Shown piece by piece: positions 15,806 through 23,660 of a stretch of 50,365 nt of DNA. The position numbers and the translations under genes were made by a program. Source of the DNA: Minisyncoccota bacterium (GTDB lineage: Bacteria; Patescibacteriota; Minisyncoccia; Phycocordibacterales; UBA9973); contig JAGOVD010000001.1 of NCBI GenBank assembly GCA_018060905.1, positions 1-50,365 on the forward strand. Reading direction: 5' to 3'. The notes under the pieces were generated by a model, which saw nothing but the letters and a program-made list of their open reading frames with translations, was not told the DNA's origin and did no database searches. Position 1 is the first letter of the stretch, and each line of letters begins with the position of its first letter.

Positions 15806-15838
15806 TAAAAAGGGGCATTACCAAACGGTAATGCCCCT
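15806..15838 (-). terminator. strong orphan terminator on the minus strand
   Basis: 12-bp perfect stem AGGGGCATTACC-AAAC-GGTAATGCCCCT. The T-run lies on the minus-strand side. There is no minus-strand ORF of 60 aa or more upstream of it. Confidence 0.55.
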
Positions 15839-16037
15839 GTACTTACTAGCTCCCCAGCTAGTTTTAAACCCCACCTCGTGTCCTATCCAAAACAATATGT
15901 TGTTATCAAAAGATCGTTTTTTAAAAAAGGGTGTCCCAACAGAATTCTTTTTTCTCGTATTTTAGAAAACTATCGGGAGCACCCTTTTATCCAAATATCC
16001 GTTAAACTCTGCACCCATCGTAGCACCTTTTGCAGTA

Positions 16038-16076
16038 TTGTCAACTTTTGACTCTAGAAGATCTTTCCCGTAGTAT
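16038..16076 (+). promoter_or_regulatory. promoter with -35 embedded in the inverted repeat GTCAA-CTT-TTGAC
   Basis: TTGTCAACTTTTGACT, with -35 TTGACT (16048-16053), a 17-nt spacer and TAGTAT (16071-16076). A near-identical motif sits upstream of the next gene. Confidence 0.5.
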
Positions 16077-16093
16077 CAAAGAAAAAATTGCCT

Positions 16094-17266
16094 ATGAAGC
16101 AGTCTATGTTATTTGATTACCCAAAAACACGAACACATATTGATGTTCAAAATGGTAAAGAATTACCCTGGTATGAAAATACTATTTGCCCAAATCTCGA
16201 ATTCATTGCTGTTCCACACGCGTTATTGCTGGGTTCGCAAAGTAGATCTGAAGAATTACCAACTCTTTCTTGGGAAATAAAATTGAGACTTGTTAAACAA
16301 CTACTTTGGCCACTCAAAAAATATTCCCACGACAGTATTGAGCAACAAATTCATGTCTATCTCCAATCAGAATCACAGTGGCTTCGCAAAGATCACACAA
16401 AGCGTCTCAGGGCATTTAATCGAATGTCTGAAGATGAGTTTGTCGATCTCCTTGCGTATGGCGCATTTGAATTATCGAGACGAGCTACATCAATACGGTC
16501 GTTCAAACGGTCGCTTCGAAAACAGCTCCCGGAATCCTCTGATAAGCTCATGTTTTCTCGGCTCGGGAGGTATATCCTCAATGGAAGAGTTGATGAGCAT
16601 TGGTATCGGGATCTCACCAAAGAAATTACAGAATTGTTTCCTGAATTTGATCAGAAGCTTATCGCGTCACTCCTATCTATCACCTCAATCAGAAGTAGTC
16701 TCCCTACAAATATTGCAAAATTTTTTAAAGTACTACATCAATTTTTTGAAGAAAAAATTTACATGGTAGAAACTGGTAAAAAGGGACAAAAAATAAAGAA
16801 GGAGAGTATGTTCAAAGATGTACTTGATGCATCACTCGCCAATCTTGATTTACTAAAGAAAGGAGAATCACTGATTGATTCTGACAAGAAGAATGCACCT
16901 AAGATTCGGAGGTTTGCAGGAGCTATGGTGGGTGTTACCGAAGCAGTTGTTGCTGATATTTGGATTACACGAAGTTTTGGTTGCGACAACAAACGTCTCT
17001 ATAATGATAATTTTGTGAGTACCTCACCAACGCGGTCACTCTATGATGCTATCGAATGGTATTTCCAAGCACTTGGAGAATATATCAACAAGGAACCACG
17101 AGGTGTGTGTTCGATGGCGTGGTCTGGTATTAGATCGGAGACCAATACTGCTACGACTCGGTACTCTGATATTTTGCGCGGGCGGCTTGGTCACGGTATC
17201 TTTGAAGAGCAGTATGGGCAACTCATCGCCGTGTTGAAAAAAGGTATCAAATTTGAAGAAAGGTAG
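16094..17266 (+). CDS. hypothetical protein (390 aa), no recognisable domain
   Basis: ATG at 16094 (MKQSMLFDYPK). The ORF-track start at 16088 is a TTG codon. AT-rich gene with its own promoter and terminator. Confidence 0.6.
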   Translation: MKQSMLFDYPKTRTHIDVQNGKELPWYENTICPNLEFIAVPHALLLGSQSRSEELPTLSWEIKLRLVKQLLWPLKKYSHDSIEQQIHVYLQSESQWLRKDHTKRLRAFNRMSEDEFVDLLAYGAFELSRRATSIRSFKRSLRKQLPESSDKLMFSRLGRYILNGRVDEHWYRDLTKEITELFPEFDQKLIASLLSITSIRSSLPTNIAKFFKVLHQFFEEKIYMVETGKKGQKIKKESMFKDVLDASLANLDLLKKGESLIDSDKKNAPKIRRFAGAMVGVTEAVVADIWITRSFGCDNKRLYNDNFVSTSPTRSLYDAIEWYFQALGEYINKEPRGVCSMAWSGIRSETNTATTRYSDILRGRLGHGIFEEQYGQLIAVLKKGIKFEER

Positions 17267-17267
17267 T

Positions 17268-17296
17268 GTCCGGACAATATTGTGCCGGACTTTTTA
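17268..17296 (+). terminator. intrinsic terminator
   Basis: GTCCGG/CCGGAC stem followed by TTTTTATTT. Confidence 0.6.
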
Positions 17297-17315
17297 TTTC
17301 CTATTTTCCTCTATT

Positions 17316-17353
17316 TTGTCAACTTTGACCCACTCGAATTAATAGGAGACAAT
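17316..17353 (+). promoter_or_regulatory. promoter with the same GTCAA-CT-TTGAC motif
   Basis: TTGTCAACTTTGACC, with -35 TTGACC (17325-17330), a 17-nt spacer and GACAAT (17348-17353). Confidence 0.45.
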
Positions 17354-17393
17354 ACGTACAAAGCTCTATTACAATCACCTTAAACTAAATAAA

Positions 17394-18257
17394 ATGACAC
17401 TATTAAGCGATGAAATGCTTAATAGCATTTCATTTGAAACACTACAGTTCATCGAACCATTTTCTACGCAGTCTACTTTTTCTAATCAATACAAAGGGCA
17501 ACAAGTTTTCTTGGAGGGCGCAACAAAAAAACCAGGAATAATTGTTACTCGATATATTGATTATGTAGGAATCATGAGGTACAACTTCAACACCGTTGAA
17601 GCATGTCTCAACAGCGGTGCAAAAAGTATCTATAATTCTTTATTGAAAAATAAAGTTAAGAAGGTTGAATTTGCATTAGTCCCTACTCAAAAGAAAAATC
17701 ATTCTCGGATGTATAATCTTTTGAAGAGGCAATATTCTCGTATTAGACGAGATAGTCACTTTGAGATAGTAAAACCATGGTTAGAAGGAGAGCGGTCAGA
17801 CAACTTTCCTTTCAATGAGCTCACATGGAGAAGGCCGTTTATTGAATTTGAAGGTCATCGCCGCTCCTCATTCGGGGACTATGCTAATCGTGATGGATGG
17901 TACCTTATCAGAGAGTTTTTACCACTTGAAAATAAGATGATCAATGTATATGTCGGAAAAAGTATTAATATTATTTCGGACCGTATCCGGAATAAATTTT
18001 ATCCCAATCGACATATTTATTACGAGGAAATTCCTGGTGAAAGAGAATATCACATCACCGTTATTGAGATTCAAAAATCTATATTGTCACGCAATATAGT
18101 ATACAAAGACTTCATCAAAAGGTGTGAAGATACACTCATTGCAATTTTGGATCCGAGAGATAACACAAAGGGGAAAATCGTTACTTCTAGCGAAGAATGG
18201 TACGAAGGTGAGCCAGTAAAAAATTGGGAAGAAAAATTTCCCGTAAAAGCTTCTTGA
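17394..18257 (+). CDS. protein with a C-terminal GIY-YIG nuclease-like domain
   Basis: GWYLIREF...MINVYVGKSINIISDRIRNKF matches the GIY-(x10)-YIG...R pattern, with a later CEDTLIAIL (conserved Glu) and DNTKGK. The N-terminal ~165 aa are unassigned. Confidence 0.55.
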   Translation: MTLLSDEMLNSISFETLQFIEPFSTQSTFSNQYKGQQVFLEGATKKPGIIVTRYIDYVGIMRYNFNTVEACLNSGAKSIYNSLLKNKVKKVEFALVPTQKKNHSRMYNLLKRQYSRIRRDSHFEIVKPWLEGERSDNFPFNELTWRRPFIEFEGHRRSSFGDYANRDGWYLIREFLPLENKMINVYVGKSINIISDRIRNKFYPNRHIYYEEIPGEREYHITVIEIQKSILSRNIVYKDFIKRCEDTLIAILDPRDNTKGKIVTSSEEWYEGEPVKNWEEKFPVKAS

Positions 18258-18273
18258 AAAGGAGCTTTTTTTG
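18247..18273 (+). terminator. intrinsic terminator overlapping the stop codon and abutting tRNA-Ser
   Basis: AGCTTCT-TGAAA-AGGAGCT (one G-U pair) followed by TTTTTTT. Confidence 0.55.
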
Positions 18274-18360
18274 CGGAAAGGGAGGGATTCGAACCCTCGA
18301 TCAGGTTACCCCGATGTCACTTTTCGAAAGTGATGCATTCGACCACTCTGCCACCTTTCC
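18274..18360 (-). tRNA. tRNA-Ser (anticodon CGA), class II with a long variable arm
   Basis: Hand-folded: GGAAAGG acceptor, TCACT-TTCGAAA-AGTGA anticodon arm, 18-nt variable arm, GAGGG-TTCGAAT-CCCTC T arm, CCTTTCC-G. Confidence 0.9.
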
Positions 18361-18454
18361 AAATATACTTCGTATTTGTCATCCTCCGGAACGGTGACAT
18401 CGTGTTCGCCACCTTGCTCCGCTCGGATAAAACGCAAAGCAGTTTGCCTTTTAT

Positions 18455-18472
18455 CCACTCTGCCACCTTTCC
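18455..18472 (-). repeat. 18-nt exact duplicate of the tRNA-Ser 5' end
   Basis: CCACTCTGCCACCTTTCC at 18455-18472 is identical to 18343-18360. Identity stops inside the D-loop. Confidence 0.9.
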
Positions 18473-18488
18473 ATGTACTCACTTGGTT

Positions 18489-19430
18489 TTATTTACCAGT
18501 TTTCAGCCAAACGTACAAATCCTCGATGGCTTTGACGGCGTCGCCGGCTGCGATGTTGTTCTGGTGGTAGAGACCGTTGGTGCAGTCGCCAGCCGCCCAG
18601 ATACCCAACATCTTGGTGCGCTGATTCATCGAGTCTACAAAAATCTTGCCGTCTTGGGTGAGTGGGACGATGTCTTTCGCGAAACTCGTGCTTGGGATCT
18701 GGCCAATCTCGACAAAGACGCCACTTACAGGAAGCTCTGTTGCGTCAGTCGCATCCTTTTCTTTATACACAACCGCTGAGACAAATTGCTCACCTTTGAT
18801 TTCCATGAGCTCGATGTTGGTCTTGAGGGTGACGTTGGGGAGCTTGGCAACGTTGTCGACCGTGATTTGGTCCGCGCGATACTTTTCGCTTCGATGGAGG
18901 AGCGTCACATGCTCGGCATACTGTGAGAGTTGCAATACGGCTTCCAGAGCCGCGTTGCCACCACCAATGACCACAACCGGCATACCGGAGAAGAGGGGGC
19001 CGTCACAGGTCGCACAGTACATGATGCCCTTGTGCTCGAACTTGTCTGCGCCGGTGACTTCGAGTTTGCGGTGGCTTGAGCCCGTAGCGATGAGAACGCT
19101 TTTTGCAGTGAGTGGCTCTGGTGTACCATCTACAGTCACGAGGAATGTATCTGCAGTGTCTTTGCTCACTGCAGTGACCCGTTTGCCGAGCATGAGGGTG
19201 AGTGTGTGCTCAGGCTTCGCATATTCTTCGATATGAGCCTTGAAACTCTTGGCGAGGTCGGTCCCACTGATCTGGGGTGTGCCGATCCAGTTGTAGATGG
19301 TGTCTGAGACCGAGGATTGACCACCGACTTCTTCAGCGATGAGAAGTGTCTGGATGCGCTTGCGAGCTGCGTATACTGCCGCGGCACATGCTGCAGGGCC
19401 TCCACCGATGATGATGAGTTCGTAATTCAT
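18489..19430 (-). CDS. trxB: thioredoxin-disulfide reductase
   Basis: MNYELIIIGGGPAACAAAVYAARK (FAD GxGxxG), redox CATCDG, and a second GGGNAALE NADPH motif. Start set at ATG 19430 rather than the longer ORF-track start. Confidence 0.9.
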   Translation of the reverse strand: MNYELIIIGGGPAACAAAVYAARKRIQTLLIAEEVGGQSSVSDTIYNWIGTPQISGTDLAKSFKAHIEEYAKPEHTLTLMLGKRVTAVSKDTADTFLVTVDGTPEPLTAKSVLIATGSSHRKLEVTGADKFEHKGIMYCATCDGPLFSGMPVVVIGGGNAALEAVLQLSQYAEHVTLLHRSEKYRADQITVDNVAKLPNVTLKTNIELMEIKGEQFVSAVVYKEKDATDATELPVSGVFVEIGQIPSTSFAKDIVPLTQDGKIFVDSMNQRTKMLGIWAAGDCTNGLYHQNNIAAGDAVKAIEDLYVWLKTGK

Positions 19431-19696
19431 GACTTTGAGTATAGCAGGGTCGTTCACAAAATCGAAGTGTATTCTCAAAATGCACACATAAAAGCCTGCT
19501 GGCTTTTTGCTCTGCTCGGCTCAGTCAGCCTGCGCAAGGCATTTCTCGAGCACACTTCGATTTTGCTCACTCTTTTACTCGAGCGAAAAGCCAATGTATC
19601 GTTTTGCCGTCTTTCGCAAGACGACTGGTCTGAGAAGGAGCGATTTTTCAGCAGAAAAATACGCGACGGCAATAATGATACATTGGCTTTGAGCGA

Positions 19697-20869
19697 CTAC
19701 TTCTTGTTTCGTCGAAGAAACGCTGGGATTGCGCCAAAGTTATCGAGATCTTCATCAACACCTTCGGTGTCAGCGAGCTCTGCGTCCATGGGTTTGATTT
19801 CAGGTTTCTGTACCATTGGTTTTATTTCTTCGGATCGATCGCCATTAGCGGTATCTTGTCTGTTGAATAGTTCGCGACCACTTGGGCTAAAGAGCGTTCC
19901 TTTTTTGCCGCTATCGCTCGGGAAACCTGTCGCGATGACCGTGATTTTCATCTCACCCTTCTTGATGCGTTCGTCGAGGATTGTACCAATGATGACACGA
20001 GCATCTTTGTCGATAGATTCAGTGATGACCTTTGCAGCATCTTGGAACTCTGCCATGGTGAGGTCGTCGTTGGAAGAGATGGCAAAGAGGACACCCTTTG
20101 CGCCGTTGATGGAAATATCGAGGAGGGGAGAGTTGATGGCTTGGATCGCTGCCTTTTCAGCACGGCCGTCACCTGAAGCAAATCCAACACCCATGAGCGC
20201 AGTACCTGCGTCTGTAAGGACGCTTTTCATGTCGGCGAAGTCGACGTTGATGATACCAGGAGAGGCGATGAGCTCGGAGATACCCTCGACTGCTTGGCGG
20301 AGGACTTCGTCACATTTTGCAAATGCGTCTTTGAACGTCGTGTCTTTGCCAGCGATGGCGAGGAGGCGGTCGTTGGGGATGACGATGATCGCATCAACTT
20401 CCTTTTCAAGGTCTGCGATGCCTTGTTCTGCGATACGCATGCGTTGGTTGCCTTCAAAGAAGAATGGTTTGGTGACGACAGCGACAGTGAGTATTCCTTG
20501 CTCCTTTGCGGCTCGCGCAACAACTGATGCAGCACCAGTACCAGTGCCACCACCCATACCACAGGCGATGAAGACCATGTCAGCGCCTTTGACGGCATCT
20601 TGGATCTCAGCCTTGGTCTCTTCTGCAGCACGCGCACCGAGTTCTGGGTTCATACCTGCACCGAGTCCTTTGGTGAGGTTTTTGCCGAGGTGGATCTTTT
20701 TCTCTGCGAGTGAGTTGTGCAAATCCTGCACGTCAGTGTTCATCGCCACGAATTCAACCGCACGGACTTTGTTTTCCATCATGTGGTTTAGGGCGTTTTT
20801 ACCTGATCCACCAATACCAATAACTTTGATACGGGCTGCGGTTTCAATTTCGGGGATGATTTTTGCCAT
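19697..20869 (-). CDS. ftsZ: cell division protein FtsZ
   Basis: IKVIGIGGSGKNALNHM and the tubulin signature GMGGGTGTGA. Start placed at the ATG (MAKIIPE), since the ORF-track start at 20890 is GTG. Confidence 0.95.
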   Translation of the reverse strand: MAKIIPEIETAARIKVIGIGGSGKNALNHMMENKVRAVEFVAMNTDVQDLHNSLAEKKIHLGKNLTKGLGAGMNPELGARAAEETKAEIQDAVKGADMVFIACGMGGGTGTGAASVVARAAKEQGILTVAVVTKPFFFEGNQRMRIAEQGIADLEKEVDAIIVIPNDRLLAIAGKDTTFKDAFAKCDEVLRQAVEGISELIASPGIINVDFADMKSVLTDAGTALMGVGFASGDGRAEKAAIQAINSPLLDISINGAKGVLFAISSNDDLTMAEFQDAAKVITESIDKDARVIIGTILDERIKKGEMKITVIATGFPSDSGKKGTLFSPSGRELFNRQDTANGDRSEEIKPMVQKPEIKPMDAELADTEGVDEDLDNFGAIPAFLRRNKK

Positions 20870-20992
20870 ATGGTTTTTGTCCCTTTCCACGGGGAGTTAT
20901 TACTATAGACCATATACTAGCAGAACTGGCAAAGAGTGCAATGATACATTGACAATATAATTTTATATGCTAGAGTATAAAAAATAAAATTT

Positions 20993-21226
20993 ATGATAGC
21001 TACAAAACTTACTTTAAAAGAAACACTTGAGCATCTAAAAGAACTAGCAGATAGTGGGATGTATAAAACCAAGGCTTTCGATGATGCTCATAATGAATAT
21101 GTGAGCATGTTGTTAGAATGTTCTGATCGTGCTGAAATACACGATGCGCTCAATTACTTAACATCTATTGATTCAATCGGTATGCTCAATATCGAAAATA
21201 TGAAAGAACAATTAGAATGTGAGTGA
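20993..21226 (+). CDS. small hypothetical protein (77 aa) between ftsA and ftsZ on the opposite strand
   Basis: ORF preceded by TTGACA and a TGcTAGAGT-like -10, and followed by the hairpin CGTTACC/GGTGACG plus TTTTTT. Confidence 0.4.
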   Translation: MIATKLTLKETLEHLKELADSGMYKTKAFDDAHNEYVSMLLECSDRAEIHDALNYLTSIDSIGMLNIENMKEQLECE

Positions 21227-21275
21227 TACTCGAAGAAGTAAATCGTTACCTCCAAAAAGGGGTGACGGTTTTTTA

Positions 21276-22448
21276 TTACGGCATCAATTGTTTGAAAAAG
21301 TTTTTGATTGTTGCGAGGAATCCGTCGGCGTCGTTAGTCGTAATATGACCATTTTTTGTAGAGATGCGATCAATCGTAGCAGTGGCGACACCATAGGCAA
21401 CGAGCAGGCGTTGGTCTTTGGTTTTCGTACCGCTCTGGATAGGGAATTCGAGGAAGCCGATTTTGACCGGGAGCTTGAGCATGTGCTTTGCGACCTGTTC
21501 TATCATTTGTGTTTGTGCACCGCCACCGATGATGATAGCTCCCGCAGGGAGGAGTCCACTGCGACCAATCTTTTTAAAATATTTATCGATCAACTCGAAG
21601 ATATCAGAGAGGCGCGCCTCGACGATCTCATCGAGCTTTTTCTTTGGCGCAGAATTGAAGCTCACCACACCGAGTTTGATATTTTCTGCTTCTTCAGGGG
21701 TGACACGGAGTCCGAGCGCAATGTCTTTGGTGATGTCGAGGGACCCGATACCAAAGACATGGAGTGATGTGAGTGAGCTGTTTTCAAACACAGAAACCGA
21801 CACCGTCTCCGCGCCGATATCGATGAGTGCACAACCAAAGTTGCGCTGGATATCGGTCAGGAGGAGTTGCTCGCTCGCAATGGGTGTTGCGGTAAAGCTC
21901 GTCACTTTGATACCTGCATCAGTAACGACAGCCAGGAGATCGTCGAGGTGTTGCTGGAAACAAGTGATAAAAAGCACTTTGATTTCGAGTTTGAATCCCT
22001 GGATACCCTCGGGGCGAGTCGGGAGCTCTTTGCCGTCTACTTTAAAGAGAATAGGAAAGGCATGGAGGATGACTTTGTTTTTAAGTTCGAGTTTACTCTC
22101 TGCGTCGGCGATTGCCTTTTCTATATCGAGCTTGCTGATGATACTATCGGCACGCGTCACCATCGCGCTCCCGAGTGCGTACTCAGCGCCGAGGCCGATG
22201 CCACCAATAGCGAGACTCGCGGTACGAATGCGTTGCCCACTTTCTCGCTCCGCTTCTTGGAGCGCTTTTTTGACTGTTGCGACGGCTTCGTCTCTGTTGA
22301 TGATGTAGCCGTGACGAAGCCCTTTGGTTGGGACGATACTTGCACCGAGGATACTAGGAAGGTTCTCGCCGACTGCTTCAGCCTCGCATACAACAACACG
22401 TGTGAGGGATGTCCCGATATCAATACCGACGGCAATGGATTGTTTCAT
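21276..22448 (-). CDS. ftsA: cell division protein FtsA (actin-fold ATPase)
   Basis: VGIDIGTSLTRVVV phosphate-1 motif, ALIDIGAETVSV phosphate-2 motif, IIGGGAQT adenosine motif. Position next to ftsZ. Confidence 0.9.
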   Translation of the reverse strand: MKQSIAVGIDIGTSLTRVVVCEAEAVGENLPSILGASIVPTKGLRHGYIINRDEAVATVKKALQEAERESGQRIRTASLAIGGIGLGAEYALGSAMVTRADSIISKLDIEKAIADAESKLELKNKVILHAFPILFKVDGKELPTRPEGIQGFKLEIKVLFITCFQQHLDDLLAVVTDAGIKVTSFTATPIASEQLLLTDIQRNFGCALIDIGAETVSVSVFENSSLTSLHVFGIGSLDITKDIALGLRVTPEEAENIKLGVVSFNSAPKKKLDEIVEARLSDIFELIDKYFKKIGRSGLLPAGAIIIGGGAQTQMIEQVAKHMLKLPVKIGFLEFPIQSGTKTKDQRLLVAYGVATATIDRISTKNGHITTNDADGFLATIKNFFKQLMP

Positions 22449-22463
22449 TAAATATAAAAAAGT

Positions 22464-22853
22464 TTAGCGCACAGTGAAAAACGCAAGCAGTTGTCTTTCT
22501 GTACGTTCCATTGTACTCCCATGTGTCATTCCTTTCAAATGCAGCATGCTGTGAATCAAAATAAAGATGACGTACGTGTCAAAATCCATATCAAACTTTT
22601 TGTATTCTTTCTGCATTGCACTCTTGCACAAGATGATTTCACCAGATGTTGGCGTGAGAGAAAACGAAAGGGTGTTAGGAACGTAGTTTTTGTCGCGGTG
22701 TGCGATGTTGAGTGCTTGAGCTCGGGCGGGGGAGACAAAAGCGACAGAGAGCTCGTATCGTTTACCCAGCACTTTTTCTTTGATTGCCAAAAATGGCACG
22801 CTCGGGAGCGTACCATTTGCGGAGACAGTGAGGTTGTGTGCTTCGAGTGTCAT
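22464..22853 (-). CDS. ybeY: rRNA maturation endoribonuclease YbeY
   Basis: Zinc motif HSMLHLKGMTH (HxxxHxxGxxH), 129 aa. Confidence 0.85.
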   Translation of the reverse strand: MTLEAHNLTVSANGTLPSVPFLAIKEKVLGKRYELSVAFVSPARAQALNIAHRDKNYVPNTLSFSLTPTSGEIILCKSAMQKEYKKFDMDFDTYVIFILIHSMLHLKGMTHGSTMERTERQLLAFFTVR

Positions 22854-22856
22854 CGA

Positions 22857-23081
22857 TTACATCTTGCCTAGTTTTTTGAGACGTTCTACTTCTTTGCGAC
22901 GCACGAGGCTTTTGATGCGCATGTTCTTTTGGCCGAGCTTGGACATTGGGCGTACGGCATAGCGGATACTCTTCACTTTCGGGATAATCCCTGCTTCTTG
23001 CATCTTGCGCGAAAAACGACGCACGAGGCTGACGCCGTTTTCATGGAGGTTTTTCTTGAGTTCTACATTCGTTGTTGGCAT
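22857..23081 (-). CDS. rpsU: 30S ribosomal protein S21 (probable)
   Basis: 74 aa basic protein starting at ATG 23081 (MPTTNVELKK...). The VSLVRRFSRKMQEAGII...RKEVERLKK pattern resembles S21. Confidence 0.6.
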   Translation of the reverse strand: MPTTNVELKKNLHENGVSLVRRFSRKMQEAGIIPKVKSIRYAVRPMSKLGQKNMRIKSLVRRKEVERLKKLGKM

Positions 23082-23231
23082 GGGCGATATCGTACCATAC
23101 AGTGTTACCTCGCGCAAGATTAAATTACTGACAAACTTTTCTATTATTGACTTAATTCATACAATGTTGTAATTTCAGGGAAATTCATTAAAAACCCAGA
23201 GGAGCAGACTGGGATTCAAACTGCATAAATT

Positions 23232-23603
23232 ATGGCAAAAAAAGATGTTATTCTGCGGTTTTCAAAAATCCGCTGCGCTAAGAATTTTCAGCTCTATTTT
23301 GTAATCGGTAGTGATCAACAAGAGAATAAACTTGTTTGGGTAGAATTACCCAGTTATTACCCACATTTAGCTGGACATGAATTGACCACGATAACACAGA
23401 GGATTATTACGGCAATTAAAAATGTTTTTTCAAAATTCAAAGATGAGAATAAGGACACGCTATCTTACAGTGTAGAATTTTCAGACAAATTTATTGCGTA
23501 CGGGGAATTTCCTATTTTAACAGCAAGAAAATGGTCTGATTTAAAGTATCCTTTGACACAACAGGAAATCGAAATCTTTTTTAAAGCATTAGCTGAAGTT
23601 TAG
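23232..23603 (+). CDS. hypothetical protein (123 aa)
   Basis: AT-rich ORF followed by a terminator. No motif recognised. Confidence 0.45.
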   Translation: MAKKDVILRFSKIRCAKNFQLYFVIGSDQQENKLVWVELPSYYPHLAGHELTTITQRIITAIKNVFSKFKDENKDTLSYSVEFSDKFIAYGEFPILTARKWSDLKYPLTQQEIEIFFKALAEV

Positions 23604-23632
23604 GATTAGATTTTTTGTTTAAATAAATTAAG

Positions 23633-23659
23633 AACCCATTTTTTTATGGGTTTTTTTTA
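23633..23659. terminator. bidirectional hairpin terminator between 23232..23603 and priA
   Basis: AACCCAT-TTTTTT-ATGGGTT flanked by an A-rich and a T-rich run. Confidence 0.55.
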
Positions 23660-23660
23660 T

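Noticed and set aside
18361-18472. A second tRNA (Ser/Leu/Sec-like) starting at the duplicated GGAAAGGTGGCAGAGTGG
   Set aside because: After the 18-nt identity no D-stem partner, anticodon arm or T-arm can be folded. The sequence forms a single long hairpin instead.
19317-20960. 547-aa plus-strand ORF spanning the trxB start and all of ftsZ
   Set aside because: It is the mirror frame of the GC-rich ftsZ coding strand. It is low-complexity (Ser/Ala/Arg-rich) with no motif, while the opposite strand encodes an unmistakable FtsZ.
21418-22451. 296-aa and 194-aa plus-strand ORFs opposite ftsA
   Set aside because: These are shadow ORFs antisense to a clear FtsA gene, with no motifs and a biased composition.
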